DNA of 64,000 nucleotides, from assembly GCA_965215015.1 (NCBI GenBank), contig OZ244042.1, positions 1,536,001 through 1,600,000 of the forward strand, written 5' to 3'. Numbering within the stretch: the stretch's first letter is position 1; each line of letters starts with the position of its first letter. Source of the stretch: Candidatus Poribacteria bacterium. Its GTDB lineage: Bacteria; Poribacteria; WGA-4E; PCPOR2b. Below, one piece after another: positions 19,594-29,211 of the stretch. The position numbers and the translations under genes are program-made. The notes beneath the pieces are model-generated. The model worked only from the letters and a program-made list of their open reading frames with translations. It was not told the DNA's origin and did not search any database.

Positions 19594-20457
19594 TTATGGG
19601 GATTTCTTCTCTGCAAAGACGGGATTTTCCAGCAGCGTTTGCACTTCGTAAATTGACCCTCCTCGCTCAGCATACGGTTGAGGGATACGAATAGGGGTGG
19701 GGACGACACGCGGTTGATTTGTGGGTTCGCCACGCAGCACGAAGGATTTGAAGGTATTCCAATCCGTACCAGCTATGGGCCAAGCGTCAAGGGCGCAATA
19801 CTGGAGCAATAATAAACGACGGGGCACCCTGGAGTTATTGGGTGCGGAGCCGTGCAGCATACGAACGTGGTGAATCGAGATACCGCCGGCTTTGACTTCG
19901 ACAGGAACAGCACTATTCGCACTAAAATTGGAATCTGTTACCGCACCGACGAAGACACCATTCTGATGATGGTCATAGGTTGGCCCTTTATGGGAACCGG
20001 GAATAACCATCAGACAGCCATTTTCCAGCGACATATCGTCAATGGCTACACCAACTGCCAGCAGGTCGTCGTTGGTATAAGGATAGAATGCCCAATCCTG
20101 ATGCCATTCGACAGGACTGCCGAATTCGGGGTATTTCATGTTGAGTTTATGCCCATTATGGCTCACACCGGGTCCAATCAACTGCTCGACGATGTCGAGA
20201 AGGCGTTTATGGCGCAGTGTTCGATCATAGACAATGTGATGCAGAACCGGATTTTTGATCCGGCGCACGCGCGGGTTTTGTGGAGTATGCCCCGGTTCAA
20301 GGTCAAACACATCGGTATGTTCAGTGACCTCACGGGATTTCTCAACAAACTCATCTGTAGTACGCCGAAGGTCAGCAACCTCTTCCACCGAAAGCACATT
20401 TTCGACGCCGAGATAACCATTTTCATGGTAAAAGTTAATCTGTTCTTGGGTTAGCAT
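19594..20457 (-). CDS. PhyH-family dioxygenase
   Basis: EWHQDW, NGCLMVIPGSH and HGSAPN...R motifs. Confidence 0.9.
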   Translation of the reverse strand: MLTQEQINFYHENGYLGVENVLSVEEVADLRRTTDEFVEKSREVTEHTDVFDLEPGHTPQNPRVRRIKNPVLHHIVYDRTLRHKRLLDIVEQLIGPGVSHNGHKLNMKYPEFGSPVEWHQDWAFYPYTNDDLLAVGVAIDDMSLENGCLMVIPGSHKGPTYDHHQNGVFVGAVTDSNFSANSAVPVEVKAGGISIHHVRMLHGSAPNNSRVPRRLLLLQYCALDAWPIAGTDWNTFKSFVLRGEPTNQPRVVPTPIRIPQPYAERGGSIYEVQTLLENPVFAEKKSP

Positions 20458-20681
20458 TAGCAGCTCCCTTCAGTTAAGCAATGTTGAGGGTAACCGTTCA
20501 GTCGAAAGATGGTGTCGGTAAATTCTGAACGGCTAGGTTGAGGTGTTCAATTTATCTTGAACTTTATGAATATGCAATAGGGAAAATTCTCCAAATTCCA
20601 CACGAAAATCGAGATGTGAATCTCGATTTACAAGATTATAGATTGAGAAATCTGGGCTACACGTGCCTGATAAATTATGTT

Positions 20682-21740
20682 TCACGCATCTGCTCTGGTC
20701 ACTAGTTCAACGGCATTACCCATCCGAGCAGATGCCATACCAGCCAACAAAATCTCAGTAACATGACGTGCTGCGTAAACGTGCGACAGTGGGGGTTGCC
20801 TGCCTTCGCGGATGCATGTTGCAAAATGGGTGTGCATATCGCCGAGGTCAGCGTCTGAACAATCAATCGCTTTCAGGTCCACAGGTGCTGTTTCGCGGGT
20901 GTAAGATGTCGGCGTCCATTGACTCAACGCAGCCCCATCCTCCCCCGGCAGTGTGAGTTTGCCCCCTGTGCCGTGAATACTTGCCCCCCATGTCCGAGCG
21001 GGATCACACCAACTTGTTTCGGCGGTGACGATGCCCCCCGATTCCATTTCGAGAACGAGGGTTGCCACATCTTCCAACTCAGTTGGCTTATCAAAGGTGG
21101 TCACGAAACCGATGACACGCTTGAAAGTTCCTAACATTGTAACCAATCCGGAGACGGCATAGACACCCATATCGAACAGGGCTCCAACGCTCGCTCGTTT
21201 GGCATCAAAGAACCAGAGATCGTCATCCTTTTCATCAAAAATATCCCGAATCTCTGCGTAGTAGATTTCGGGACCGCCGTGACTGCTTCGGAATCGCGCC
21301 CCTGAAACCCTGCCTATTGCACCCTCCGACAACAGTTGCCGTGCCTTGTTGATGGATGCACTTACGTGAGGGAGGCACATCACGGTCAAGCGGCTTTTTT
21401 CTGCCTCTTCCACAAATTGGTTCGCTTCGTCCATATCACCACACAACGGTTTCTGCATTAGGACATGCTTCCCTGCCTCCAGTGCTTTGATTCCCCAAGA
21501 CACATGGAGCGGATGCGGCGTGCCGACCAAGATGGCATCGAGTGAGTCATCTGCCACAATCAAATCGTAGTCCTGTGTCCAACCTGGGATGTTGAACTGA
21601 TCACACTGGTGCTTGAGTCGATGCTCCCGCCTGCCGCCAAGGAGAGTAACCTCAAAATCATCCTCAGCAACGAGAGCAGGAAGATGTAGCCGACAAACAA
21701 TGCCGCCGGCACCGATGACACCCAATCTGATTTTCGCCAT
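20682..21740 (-). CDS. Gfo/Idh/MocA family oxidoreductase
   Basis: GVIGAGGI, KHVLMQKPL and GALFDMGVY motifs. Confidence 0.85.
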   Translation of the reverse strand: MAKIRLGVIGAGGIVCRLHLPALVAEDDFEVTLLGGRREHRLKHQCDQFNIPGWTQDYDLIVADDSLDAILVGTPHPLHVSWGIKALEAGKHVLMQKPLCGDMDEANQFVEEAEKSRLTVMCLPHVSASINKARQLLSEGAIGRVSGARFRSSHGGPEIYYAEIRDIFDEKDDDLWFFDAKRASVGALFDMGVYAVSGLVTMLGTFKRVIGFVTTFDKPTELEDVATLVLEMESGGIVTAETSWCDPARTWGASIHGTGGKLTLPGEDGAALSQWTPTSYTRETAPVDLKAIDCSDADLGDMHTHFATCIREGRQPPLSHVYAARHVTEILLAGMASARMGNAVELVTRADA

Positions 21741-21761
21741 GTCCGTCCCTCTTCAATTTAT

Positions 21762-22037
21762 TCAGTTACCCTGCCCTGAAGGGACGGTGCTTGTTTGAAG
21801 CGTCCGCCCAACGGGGCCGACCTGGTTTCGCGTTTCTTTTCCCCATAAACCGGGAGGTTTCGGGGGCATTTGTTACCACTTTTCACGTCAAGACAACACC
21901 TATTGGGCCTTTGTGAGGGGCTTTTCTGACTCACGAAAGTATTGAGAGTTATGGACTCTATCACCGTCAGAGGTGGTCAAATACGATTCAATGCCAATAG
22001 TTGTTTTGACCTCAACTGCTAACACATCAGGGATTTC
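21762..22037 (-). mobile_element. IS200/IS605 TnpB remnant with right-end hairpin
   Basis: Reads KTTIGI-ESYLTTSDGDRVHNSQYFRESEKPLTKAQ*VLS* (TnpB RuvC-I and bridge helix-like, with stops), then CAAGCACCGTCCCTTCAGGGCAGGGTAACTGA. Confidence 0.75.
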
Positions 22038-22077
22038 GACGAGGTTACGGCATACAGCGTATGCCTATTACTAGCTA

Positions 22078-23268
22078 TTAATCGAAAAAGTCTTCGTCAC
22101 CCTCAGGGAGATACTGCCTTGTCGCTTCTTCGTTGAGATCGACCCCCATGCCGGGGCTGTCCCAAACCGTGATGAATCCCTCCTCAACGATGGGATTCGG
22201 CAGCCCTTCGACTATATCGTACCACCACTTGGGGTTTCCGACTGGATACTCGAAGGCAATATAATTCTGGGGCAAGGTCGCCGACATCTGAACGAGGGCG
22301 GCAAGACCGATAAGCCCATCGCCTGTACCGTGGGGTGCCATAAGAATGCCGTGCAGGTCTGCGAATTCTGCAACCCACTTCAACTCTGCGATGCCGCCGA
22401 TGTCACATGGATCGGGACCGATTATATTCACAGCGCGTTTTTCGATCAGGTCTTTGAAGTTCTGTCGGAGGTAGATTTGCTCGCCGGTGTGGATCGGCGT
22501 CGATGTGCTTCGTGTTACCTCTCGGTAGAGGTCTGCTAAAACGTACGGCACATAGTCGCCGGTGATCATGTCTTCAAGCCACATCACATTTAGCGGTTCC
22601 ACAGCCTTCGCAAGCCTTATGGCGTCAGGGACTGTCAACCCAGGCCCACAATCCAAAGCCAGACCAACCTCGTCTCCCAAGACAGATTTCATCGCCTCAA
22701 CGCATGCAATTGTATGTTTCAAGCCACGTTCGGTCATAGGGCCACGACCTGTTCCAAAAGCCCCTTTTTGCATTTCACCATAGAAAAAGTCCGGCACCTC
22801 ATGTGGCATTCCGCTATGAAATGCAATTCCTTGCTTGATAATGGTGAATCCTTCCGGGGCGGCTTTCATTTTTTCCATATTTGCAGCGTAGGCTTCCGGG
22901 GAATTTCCGCCCATTGGAAATCTGACCGCACCATTATAGACTCGAACTTTGTCCCGGATTTTACCCCCCAGCAGCTTGTATACCGGAAGACCTGCTGCTT
23001 TGCCGGCAATGTCCCAGAGTGCCATCTCTATCGCACTCACTGAGCTCCCCCACGGCTTAAAACTTCCCAATCGGCGGATCTTCAGCATGACCCGCTCCAC
23101 GTTCGTGGGATCTTCTCCGACAATGTGCTGCTTGTAAAACAGAATATGAGGTTTCAGATAGTGTTTACTGGCTTCCACCTCCGCCAGCCCGCTGATTCCC
23201 TCGTCGGTTGTTATGCGAATTACGGGGTTGTTGCCCAAAACAGTGCATTTTAAGTCTGTAATTTTCAT
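22078..23268 (-). CDS. Mandelate racemase/muconate lactonizing enzyme family (probable acid-sugar dehydratase)
   Basis: SAIEMALWDIAGKAAGLPVYKLLGG, WLED, TGEQ and APH motifs. Confidence 0.9.
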   Translation of the reverse strand: MKITDLKCTVLGNNPVIRITTDEGISGLAEVEASKHYLKPHILFYKQHIVGEDPTNVERVMLKIRRLGSFKPWGSSVSAIEMALWDIAGKAAGLPVYKLLGGKIRDKVRVYNGAVRFPMGGNSPEAYAANMEKMKAAPEGFTIIKQGIAFHSGMPHEVPDFFYGEMQKGAFGTGRGPMTERGLKHTIACVEAMKSVLGDEVGLALDCGPGLTVPDAIRLAKAVEPLNVMWLEDMITGDYVPYVLADLYREVTRSTSTPIHTGEQIYLRQNFKDLIEKRAVNIIGPDPCDIGGIAELKWVAEFADLHGILMAPHGTGDGLIGLAALVQMSATLPQNYIAFEYPVGNPKWWYDIVEGLPNPIVEEGFITVWDSPGMGVDLNEEATRQYLPEGDEDFFD

Positions 23269-23421
23269 TGATATAAATTTCCTTATGCGCGAAACATGAA
23301 AACAATTTGTCCACGGGTTCATCGGTGCCTGGGTTTACTAGTATATTAATGAGCCCTTGAACTCAATAGCCTCACCAACTTGCATCAAAGGTTATGAGGG
23401 ACGTTGGGTAGATATTGAACC

Positions 23422-24516
23422 CTACCACTCACTCGGAATTCGGGCGTGTTCGGTGTAGGATTTGACGATATTGATAATCAGTGCAATATCGTTGCGGGCA
23501 TCAATGACCGATGTACGACAGGGAATCCCCTCGGTGATGCAAGCATGAAAGTGGCGGATTTCGCGGCTGAACGCGCTCTCCCATACTATCGCCGGTTCTT
23601 TGAGAACTGTGGTGCCATCTGCCTCAATCTCATGCACTGTGACCGTAGAGAGGATACCGCGCGAAAATCCTGTCGGATATTTGACAATCACGCGCTTGGT
23701 ATCGCCATAAACCTCTAGCGTTTCCTTGAAGTCCCATAAGCCCGGAATGGCTGCCCATGTATAAACGAGACGTACTTCGTTTGGGTATTCAAGTATCGTA
23801 GTGATACCACGTCCACCATTCCACAACTCTGTGCTGGCTACCGCCTCTGGCACACCGAGCATGGCACGGAAGCCGTAGAGGTCATGGATGCCACTGCCTG
23901 AGAGTGTGGAGAAGGCACTCCTCGCAGCGTCAGGTACATCCCCAATAGCATCTTGATGCGCTTTCGCCCCATCTTCGCTCGCCTCACGCATTGCGTCTGG
24001 CGGAAAGTCATTGAACCGCTTAATCCGAAAATTACGGAGGTGCAATTCGTTACCACAATGCAGGTGATTTGCTTGAACGAACCGGATGTCGTCCATCGTG
24101 TCAACTTCGCGTTTTGCCAACTCAAATGCGGGGTCGTGCACTTTCATGTACCCTGCTTGGCCAACCTTCCCCGACGCCTGACACGCAGCACTGATAGCAT
24201 CTGCTTCCTGAGTGGAGAAACAAATTGGTTTCTCAATGAAGACATGCTTCCCCGCGTTGAACGCTGCCATCGCTACCCTTGTCTTCGGATCAGAATGACA
24301 GAGCAGCACAGCTTCTACATCAGATGTGAGGAGGTCGCGGTAATCTGTCACATAGCGAGGAATATTGAAGGTCTCGGCAACATACGCTGCGGCACCCGGT
24401 GACACATCGCAGACGATTGACACCTCAAATTCGTCCTGAAGTGCTTTTAAGTTCGGGAGATGATGGACCTGAGCAATTGCGCCACAACCAATGACACCGA
24501 TACGTACTTTTTTCAT
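23422..24516 (-). CDS. Gfo/Idh/MocA family oxidoreductase
   Basis: GVIGCGAIA, KHVFIEKP and GIHD motifs. Confidence 0.85.
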   Translation of the reverse strand: MKKVRIGVIGCGAIAQVHHLPNLKALQDEFEVSIVCDVSPGAAAYVAETFNIPRYVTDYRDLLTSDVEAVLLCHSDPKTRVAMAAFNAGKHVFIEKPICFSTQEADAISAACQASGKVGQAGYMKVHDPAFELAKREVDTMDDIRFVQANHLHCGNELHLRNFRIKRFNDFPPDAMREASEDGAKAHQDAIGDVPDAARSAFSTLSGSGIHDLYGFRAMLGVPEAVASTELWNGGRGITTILEYPNEVRLVYTWAAIPGLWDFKETLEVYGDTKRVIVKYPTGFSRGILSTVTVHEIEADGTTVLKEPAIVWESAFSREIRHFHACITEGIPCRTSVIDARNDIALIINIVKSYTEHARIPSEW

Positions 24517-24547
24517 ATAATTCTCCTGTTGAAGACCTTTCGATTGG

Positions 24548-24725
24548 TTTATGTCAAAAGACAGTGCAAAACGCGAAGCGCGTAAAACGTGAAAACCATT
24601 TGTTCATTGATGCGATCGGGCTAGGAAGCCCGACCTACGGGGCTCAAAAAAAGGGCACAATACCAACAGCAACCGAGCTTTTGTTAAAAACTCGATTGCT
24701 ATCGCGTGATTTCTTAACATGAGTC
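24548..24725. mobile_element. Family A element with REP cargo
   Basis: GTTTATGTCAAAAGACAGTGCA ... TTCTTAACATGAGTC; interior shared with 36-238. Confidence 0.6.
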
Positions 24726-24756
24726 TTCCGATTTTGCACTGCAAGAGTCGTTGTTC

Positions 24757-24902
24757 GCTCATGTAAAGAATGAGTGCAACAGAAACCCTAGGGCCTTGCC
24801 TCTCCTCTTGGTTGCCATCCCTTCCCCCGCTTGCGGCGGATTACTGGAGGGTACGAAGGCGCACTTCCTCTTCGTGCTTTACACTGTCTTTTAACATGAG
24901 CC
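24757..24902. mobile_element. Family A element with a different cargo
   Basis: GCTCATGTAAAGAATGAGTGCAACAG ... TTTTAACATGAGCC. Confidence 0.65.
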
Positions 24903-24905
24903 TCG

Positions 24906-25685
24906 TTATTTAGCGCGGCACGCCGCAAAGAAATCCTCATTCGATGCAGTGAAGCCACACTGCTGCTCAACCTCCCGAATGGTGATTTCAGTGGTGAAAA
25001 GCTGGTCAACCGTATCCGGGAACTCCACACCCGTAGTTGCGTCACGAAGAAGGACGATGTTATATCCCCGCCGAGTCATCGCACGGATGCCGTAGTCACG
25101 ACCCACTACGCACCAGTTGGTCGCAAAACCGACATAAATAAGGTGTAAGATACCCCGCTCCTTCGAGAGCTCGTGGAGTTGCTCCCCCGTTGCGATTACG
25201 AAGTCCTCGTCTTCTACTTCGATTGACGGAGACATCGCCAATTTTTCCGCAAGATGGTTCCAATGGATACCAATGCTCGGAGGTTGATTGCGCGGTCCGC
25301 GGTAAGCAGCGTATTCACCAGTCCGACTCCGAAACTCTGCCGGGGGCCAATCGGGTTGAGGCTGGACTTCAGGAGGAGTATGTAGACTAAGTTGCGGGAA
25401 TTGCCCGGCGACCTCCGGGCAGGGAGCATGTACAATTGTCAGTCCTGCCTCACGGGCGGCGTTTAGCGCGGGAACAATTGCATTGACAGTTACATTCTTT
25501 GCGCGCTCTATCCAACTCTCAATGAAATGTACATTCCAGACATCAACCAGCACAAGCGCAGTTTGTTCGATAGGTAGCGGCATTGTAATTTCGCGTCGGA
25601 TGAAGTTTTCCTCTCGACATGGCACCTCTATGGGGGTACTGTCCTGAAAATATCGGACACGCAGATCTAGCGTTTGCATGTTCAA
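24906..25685 (-). CDS. Isochorismatase-family cysteine hydrolase
   Basis: TALVLVDVWN, GFATNWCV and LLRDAT motifs. Confidence 0.8.
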   Translation of the reverse strand: MNMQTLDLRVRYFQDSTPIEVPCREENFIRREITMPLPIEQTALVLVDVWNVHFIESWIERAKNVTVNAIVPALNAAREAGLTIVHAPCPEVAGQFPQLSLHTPPEVQPQPDWPPAEFRSRTGEYAAYRGPRNQPPSIGIHWNHLAEKLAMSPSIEVEDEDFVIATGEQLHELSKERGILHLIYVGFATNWCVVGRDYGIRAMTRRGYNIVLLRDATTGVEFPDTVDQLFTTEITIREVEQQCGFTASNEDFFAACRAK

Positions 25686-26054
25686 TTTCCTTTTTGGAGG
25701 TCGCTAGGCAAACAACTTTACCCAAAAACACCCGGACTCTAACGCAATGTGCCGGGTGGGTTGAGCTAGGATTGTAGTACTATAGTATCTGGTATTCTGT
25801 AGCACAACGTTGTTGGTATCTTGGGGACTAAGAAACCCCGATAGATCGGGATGAAGAAACATATACTCACTCTAAGCGGTGGGTGGTTCAGGAGGGCAAA
25901 ATTTAGGGTGGGAAGAGATTAAACGGATAACCTTGTGAAGGTTTGGAGATACCTAGAACCATTGCGCGATATTTCCGGCTCAATCAGCCCAGAATATCGC
26001 GCAACAGTCCAGGTGCTTCAAGGTTTAAGTTAATCCAAAAAATTTAACAAGATG

Positions 26055-26951
26055 CTACCGACTAAAATTCTCTCGGGTGTTTCTACTCTTGAGGGCACCC
26101 CAAGTTGTGGCAGCTTTCCCTTTCGGGCTAACAGCAAGTGCACCTTGCTCAAGTCCGTCATCAAAGATGGTCCGAATTTCGTCCTCAGTCAATGCACGAT
26201 CGAACAGCGCGACATCGTCCATAGACCCGTTCAGATTACCGGTATCATTTGGACGGGTAGCGATGATGAACGGATCACCGGCTGCCTTGAGATCTGGTAG
26301 TGCGTTACATGGATCATCTCCGTTTGGACTGTCCCCATCAAAGCATTTCTCCTGCCCTTTTTTCCCATCCGTGTAGACGAGCAGGGACGGTTGCTGCCAG
26401 AGTCCAACGACATGATGCCATTCGTTATCTGTGAGGAGGTCGCGTGGTGCTTGTGCATCAGCCCATTTGCAACATCCATCGGCACCGAAAACGATACGTG
26501 CCGTGTCTCCTGCGCCATGGTTGAGTTCCCAGACGATATTCCGGCTCCCATCTCCGCCCGGAAATGATTCGTTTGAAAACAGACGTTGATTCCCTCCCGT
26601 GGTTTGTGCCTTAACCCACAAAGATATGGTGAACTCGTCGAAGGCATTATAGTTCTGCGGATTCGGGATTGTGACGTAATTGAGTTTTCCATCTACAGCG
26701 GGAAACTTCAGTGCCCCACCAAACTTGCCTTCCTCCCTTTTCACACCGTCTGCGGTGAAGTTGTTGATTTTGCCGTCCTCGTGGTGGCCACTTGCATCAA
26801 CGATTGCATCGCCATCTGTCTCGTCAAAGAGCCATATCCCTACGATATCCTCGTCCGCAAGCTCAATTTTGGTATATCCTGGATGAGTGAAGACCAGTCC
26901 AAGAACAGCAAGACTGACACACGCCAGGGTCAATGTTACCATCGTGTTCAT
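26055..26951 (-). CDS. Secreted LamG/ConA-like domain protein with C-terminal TWG motif
   Basis: VGIWLFDE, GKFGGALKF, FTISLWVK, WHHVV and GSMDDVALFDRALT motifs; ends LAVSPKGKAATTWGALK. Confidence 0.85.
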   Translation of the reverse strand: MNTMVTLTLACVSLAVLGLVFTHPGYTKIELADEDIVGIWLFDETDGDAIVDASGHHEDGKINNFTADGVKREEGKFGGALKFPAVDGKLNYVTIPNPQNYNAFDEFTISLWVKAQTTGGNQRLFSNESFPGGDGSRNIVWELNHGAGDTARIVFGADGCCKWADAQAPRDLLTDNEWHHVVGLWQQPSLLVYTDGKKGQEKCFDGDSPNGDDPCNALPDLKAAGDPFIIATRPNDTGNLNGSMDDVALFDRALTEDEIRTIFDDGLEQGALAVSPKGKAATTWGALKSRNTRENFSR

Positions 26952-27048
26952 TCGTGAACCTCCTGATATTTACTAAGTGGATGCTGAGTCGCTCCAGCAG
27001 AATCAAGAATTTGGCGGCACATTGCCGCCCCGTCTAACCTGTAGTTTC

Positions 27049-27433
27049 TGACGTACTCCCACACCCTAAAGAGTGGGGATTGTCATCCGTTCCCGATAGG
27101 ATGTCGAATTGTGCGATCGACACGGATAGCGAACCAAAGCCCGACTTACATCTGCTACTGCAATGGACAACGCCCTGCCCACTCCCCAAGCAGTTCATTT
27201 GAACCCCAGGGGGACATCGGTGAGACCGAACTCATGACAACACGCTCCCGTCGAAGCGTGGGAAAACCGTTGCGGATTTTACACCGGCTCACTGTTTTCA
27301 GTCGCGCGGCCATCCCTTAAAGCAATTATACTCTATTTTATTTACAAATTCAACCGTTTTTATATATCAACACACCCCGGTTGACTACAGCCCCAGTCTA
27401 AAGGCATGGGGTCTTATCAGCAAGATTCGATAA
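27049..27433 (-). mobile_element. Non-autonomous IS605-type element with both end hairpins and no transposase or TnpB ORF
   Basis: Left end TTATCGAATC..GACCCCATGCCTTTAGACTGGGG; internal TTGAAT-N18-TATAAT promoter; right end AATCCCCACTCTTTAGGGTGTGGGGAGTACGTCA. Confidence 0.65.
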
Positions 27434-27474
27434 TGTTAGCATTTTTTAGCAACTATTGCAACTATTTTTTGATT

Positions 27475-29211
27475 TCACTTCCCGTTGGGTTCTGCAATTT
27501 GGATAACTTGATTGACTGACATTGCCTCCATTTTATAAACACGCCCACTCGGAAATGTTGCGATGATTTTATCAATAACCGTGTGACTCCCTAGACCGAA
27601 ATGAAGAGCGAGCGCGTTTTGGCACAGGTAGCCGGAGCCGCTTTTCACTTCAGCCATCTGTGAAACTTCCCCGGTAACGACCTCGATCCGTGTCCCGATC
27701 CCCGCCCGGTTACTTGTAGTTCCCCGGATGAGCACTTTTACCCAATTGTTCCGATTGCCGCCATCGTTTCTGAGAAGTTGCGGCTTTCTATCGCTGTTGG
27801 TGACCAATATATCAATGTCACCGTCATTATCATAATCCCCGAATGCAGCCCCTCGGCTGGGTGCCTTTTGGGATAGATCGAGCCCAGCATTGGCAGTGAC
27901 CTCTTGAAAAATCCCACCCCCTAAATTTCTGAAAAGGTGATTGACCTGCGCGTAAGTCGTCTCAGGGTTGAACAACTCGACATTGCCAAAAATATGCCCG
28001 TTAGCAATAAATATATCCTTGGCACCGTCGTTGTCGTAGTCGAAGAAACAAACCCCCCACCCCAAAGATGCGTAGGTGCTTGCGCCTGTTCCAGAGATAT
28101 AAGAAGCGTCAGAAAAAAAACCATCTCCGTCATTGTGGTATAGGGCCGCCACGTCGTCCTGAAAATTGGTCACCATAATGTCCAACCGGCCATCATTGTC
28201 ATAATCCCCAAAGTCAACGCCCATACCGTTTCCCATCTCGCCATTTTCGTTCAATGCAACACCCGCAAAGAAAGCCATATCAGAGAATGACCCATCGCCG
28301 TTATTGTGGAAAAGGTGGTTCTCATTGGCGTCATTCGCGACGTAGAGGTCAGTGTAGCCATCGCTGTCGTAGTCTCCCCAGACAACTCCAAGCCCTCTGC
28401 TCCGCGGTTGGTAAACACCCACCGTTTGGGTAACTTCCGTATAGGTTCCGCCGCCATTGTTTCGGTAGAGAATATCCGCTTCGCCGACGTATTCCTGTGG
28501 CTTGCAATATGTGCGCACCCCTTTATTCTTGCAGATTTTGTTTTTATCCAATTGGAACTGAATATAGTTGGTCACATAAAGATCTAAATGACCATCATTA
28601 TCATAATCCGCAAAGGCGCAAGACGCTCCCCAACGTGTATCTGCAACATTGGTTTGGTCCGCTACATCGGTGAAAGTCCCATCTCCATTGTTGTGGTAGA
28701 GACGGTTTTTTCCAAAATTGGTCACATACAGATCGAGATGCCCATCGTTGTTATAATCCCCAACACAGCACCCAACGCCGTAACGTTTGTCTCCAACCCC
28801 GGCAAGCTCTGTTACATCGGTAAAGGTACCGTCCCCGTTATTTCGATAAAGGTGGTTCGTTGGTGGCTTTTCTGATTGAAAACCGGGGAGGCCCGCCCCA
28901 TTGACGAAATAGATATCCAGATGCCCATCGTTATTGTAATCAAAAAATGCTGCCCCTGAACCGAGCTGCTCTACGAAGTAAAACTCGCCGCTGCTGCCAT
29001 TTGTATGCTTAAAGCCGATGCCGGCTTCCGCAGTTACATCAGTGAAAGTTGGTGTTTGGGCTGCGAAAGTTAGAGAAGCAGATAGCAAGAGGATGGGAAG
29101 ATAAAACGTGAAACGTGAAACGTAAGGCCTATTGCATATTGTATAAAATAACATTTCCCCCACTCTTCCTCTCCTTCGATTCTTCCTGTTTACCTTGTTC
29201 TGTTTTCTCAT
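27475..29211 (-). CDS. CRTAC1-family protein (FG-GAP repeats plus ASPIC/UnbV domain); the true start may be downstream, near 29154
   Basis: Many DYDNDG.LDLYV.N and NNGDGTFTDV repeats; C-terminal GSGYLCQ...LHFGLG. Confidence 0.9.
   Translation of the reverse strand: MRKQNKVNRKNRRRGRVGEMLFYTICNRPYVSRFTFYLPILLLSASLTFAAQTPTFTDVTAEAGIGFKHTNGSSGEFYFVEQLGSGAAFFDYNNDGHLDIYFVNGAGLPGFQSEKPPTNHLYRNNGDGTFTDVTELAGVGDKRYGVGCCVGDYNNDGHLDLYVTNFGKNRLYHNNGDGTFTDVADQTNVADTRWGASCAFADYDNDGHLDLYVTNYIQFQLDKNKICKNKGVRTYCKPQEYVGEADILYRNNGGGTYTEVTQTVGVYQPRSRGLGVVWGDYDSDGYTDLYVANDANENHLFHNNGDGSFSDMAFFAGVALNENGEMGNGMGVDFGDYDNDGRLDIMVTNFQDDVAALYHNDGDGFFSDASYISGTGASTYASLGWGVCFFDYDNDGAKDIFIANGHIFGNVELFNPETTYAQVNHLFRNLGGGIFQEVTANAGLDLSQKAPSRGAAFGDYDNDGDIDILVTNSDRKPQLLRNDGGNRNNWVKVLIRGTTSNRAGIGTRIEVVTGEVSQMAEVKSGSGYLCQNALALHFGLGSHTVIDKIIATFPSGRVYKMEAMSVNQVIQIAEPNGK

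Noticed and set aside
20490-20535. GTAACCGTTCAG...CTGAACGGCTA inverted repeat
   Set aside because: Possibly a collapsed MITE, but it is a single copy in the window, so unsupported
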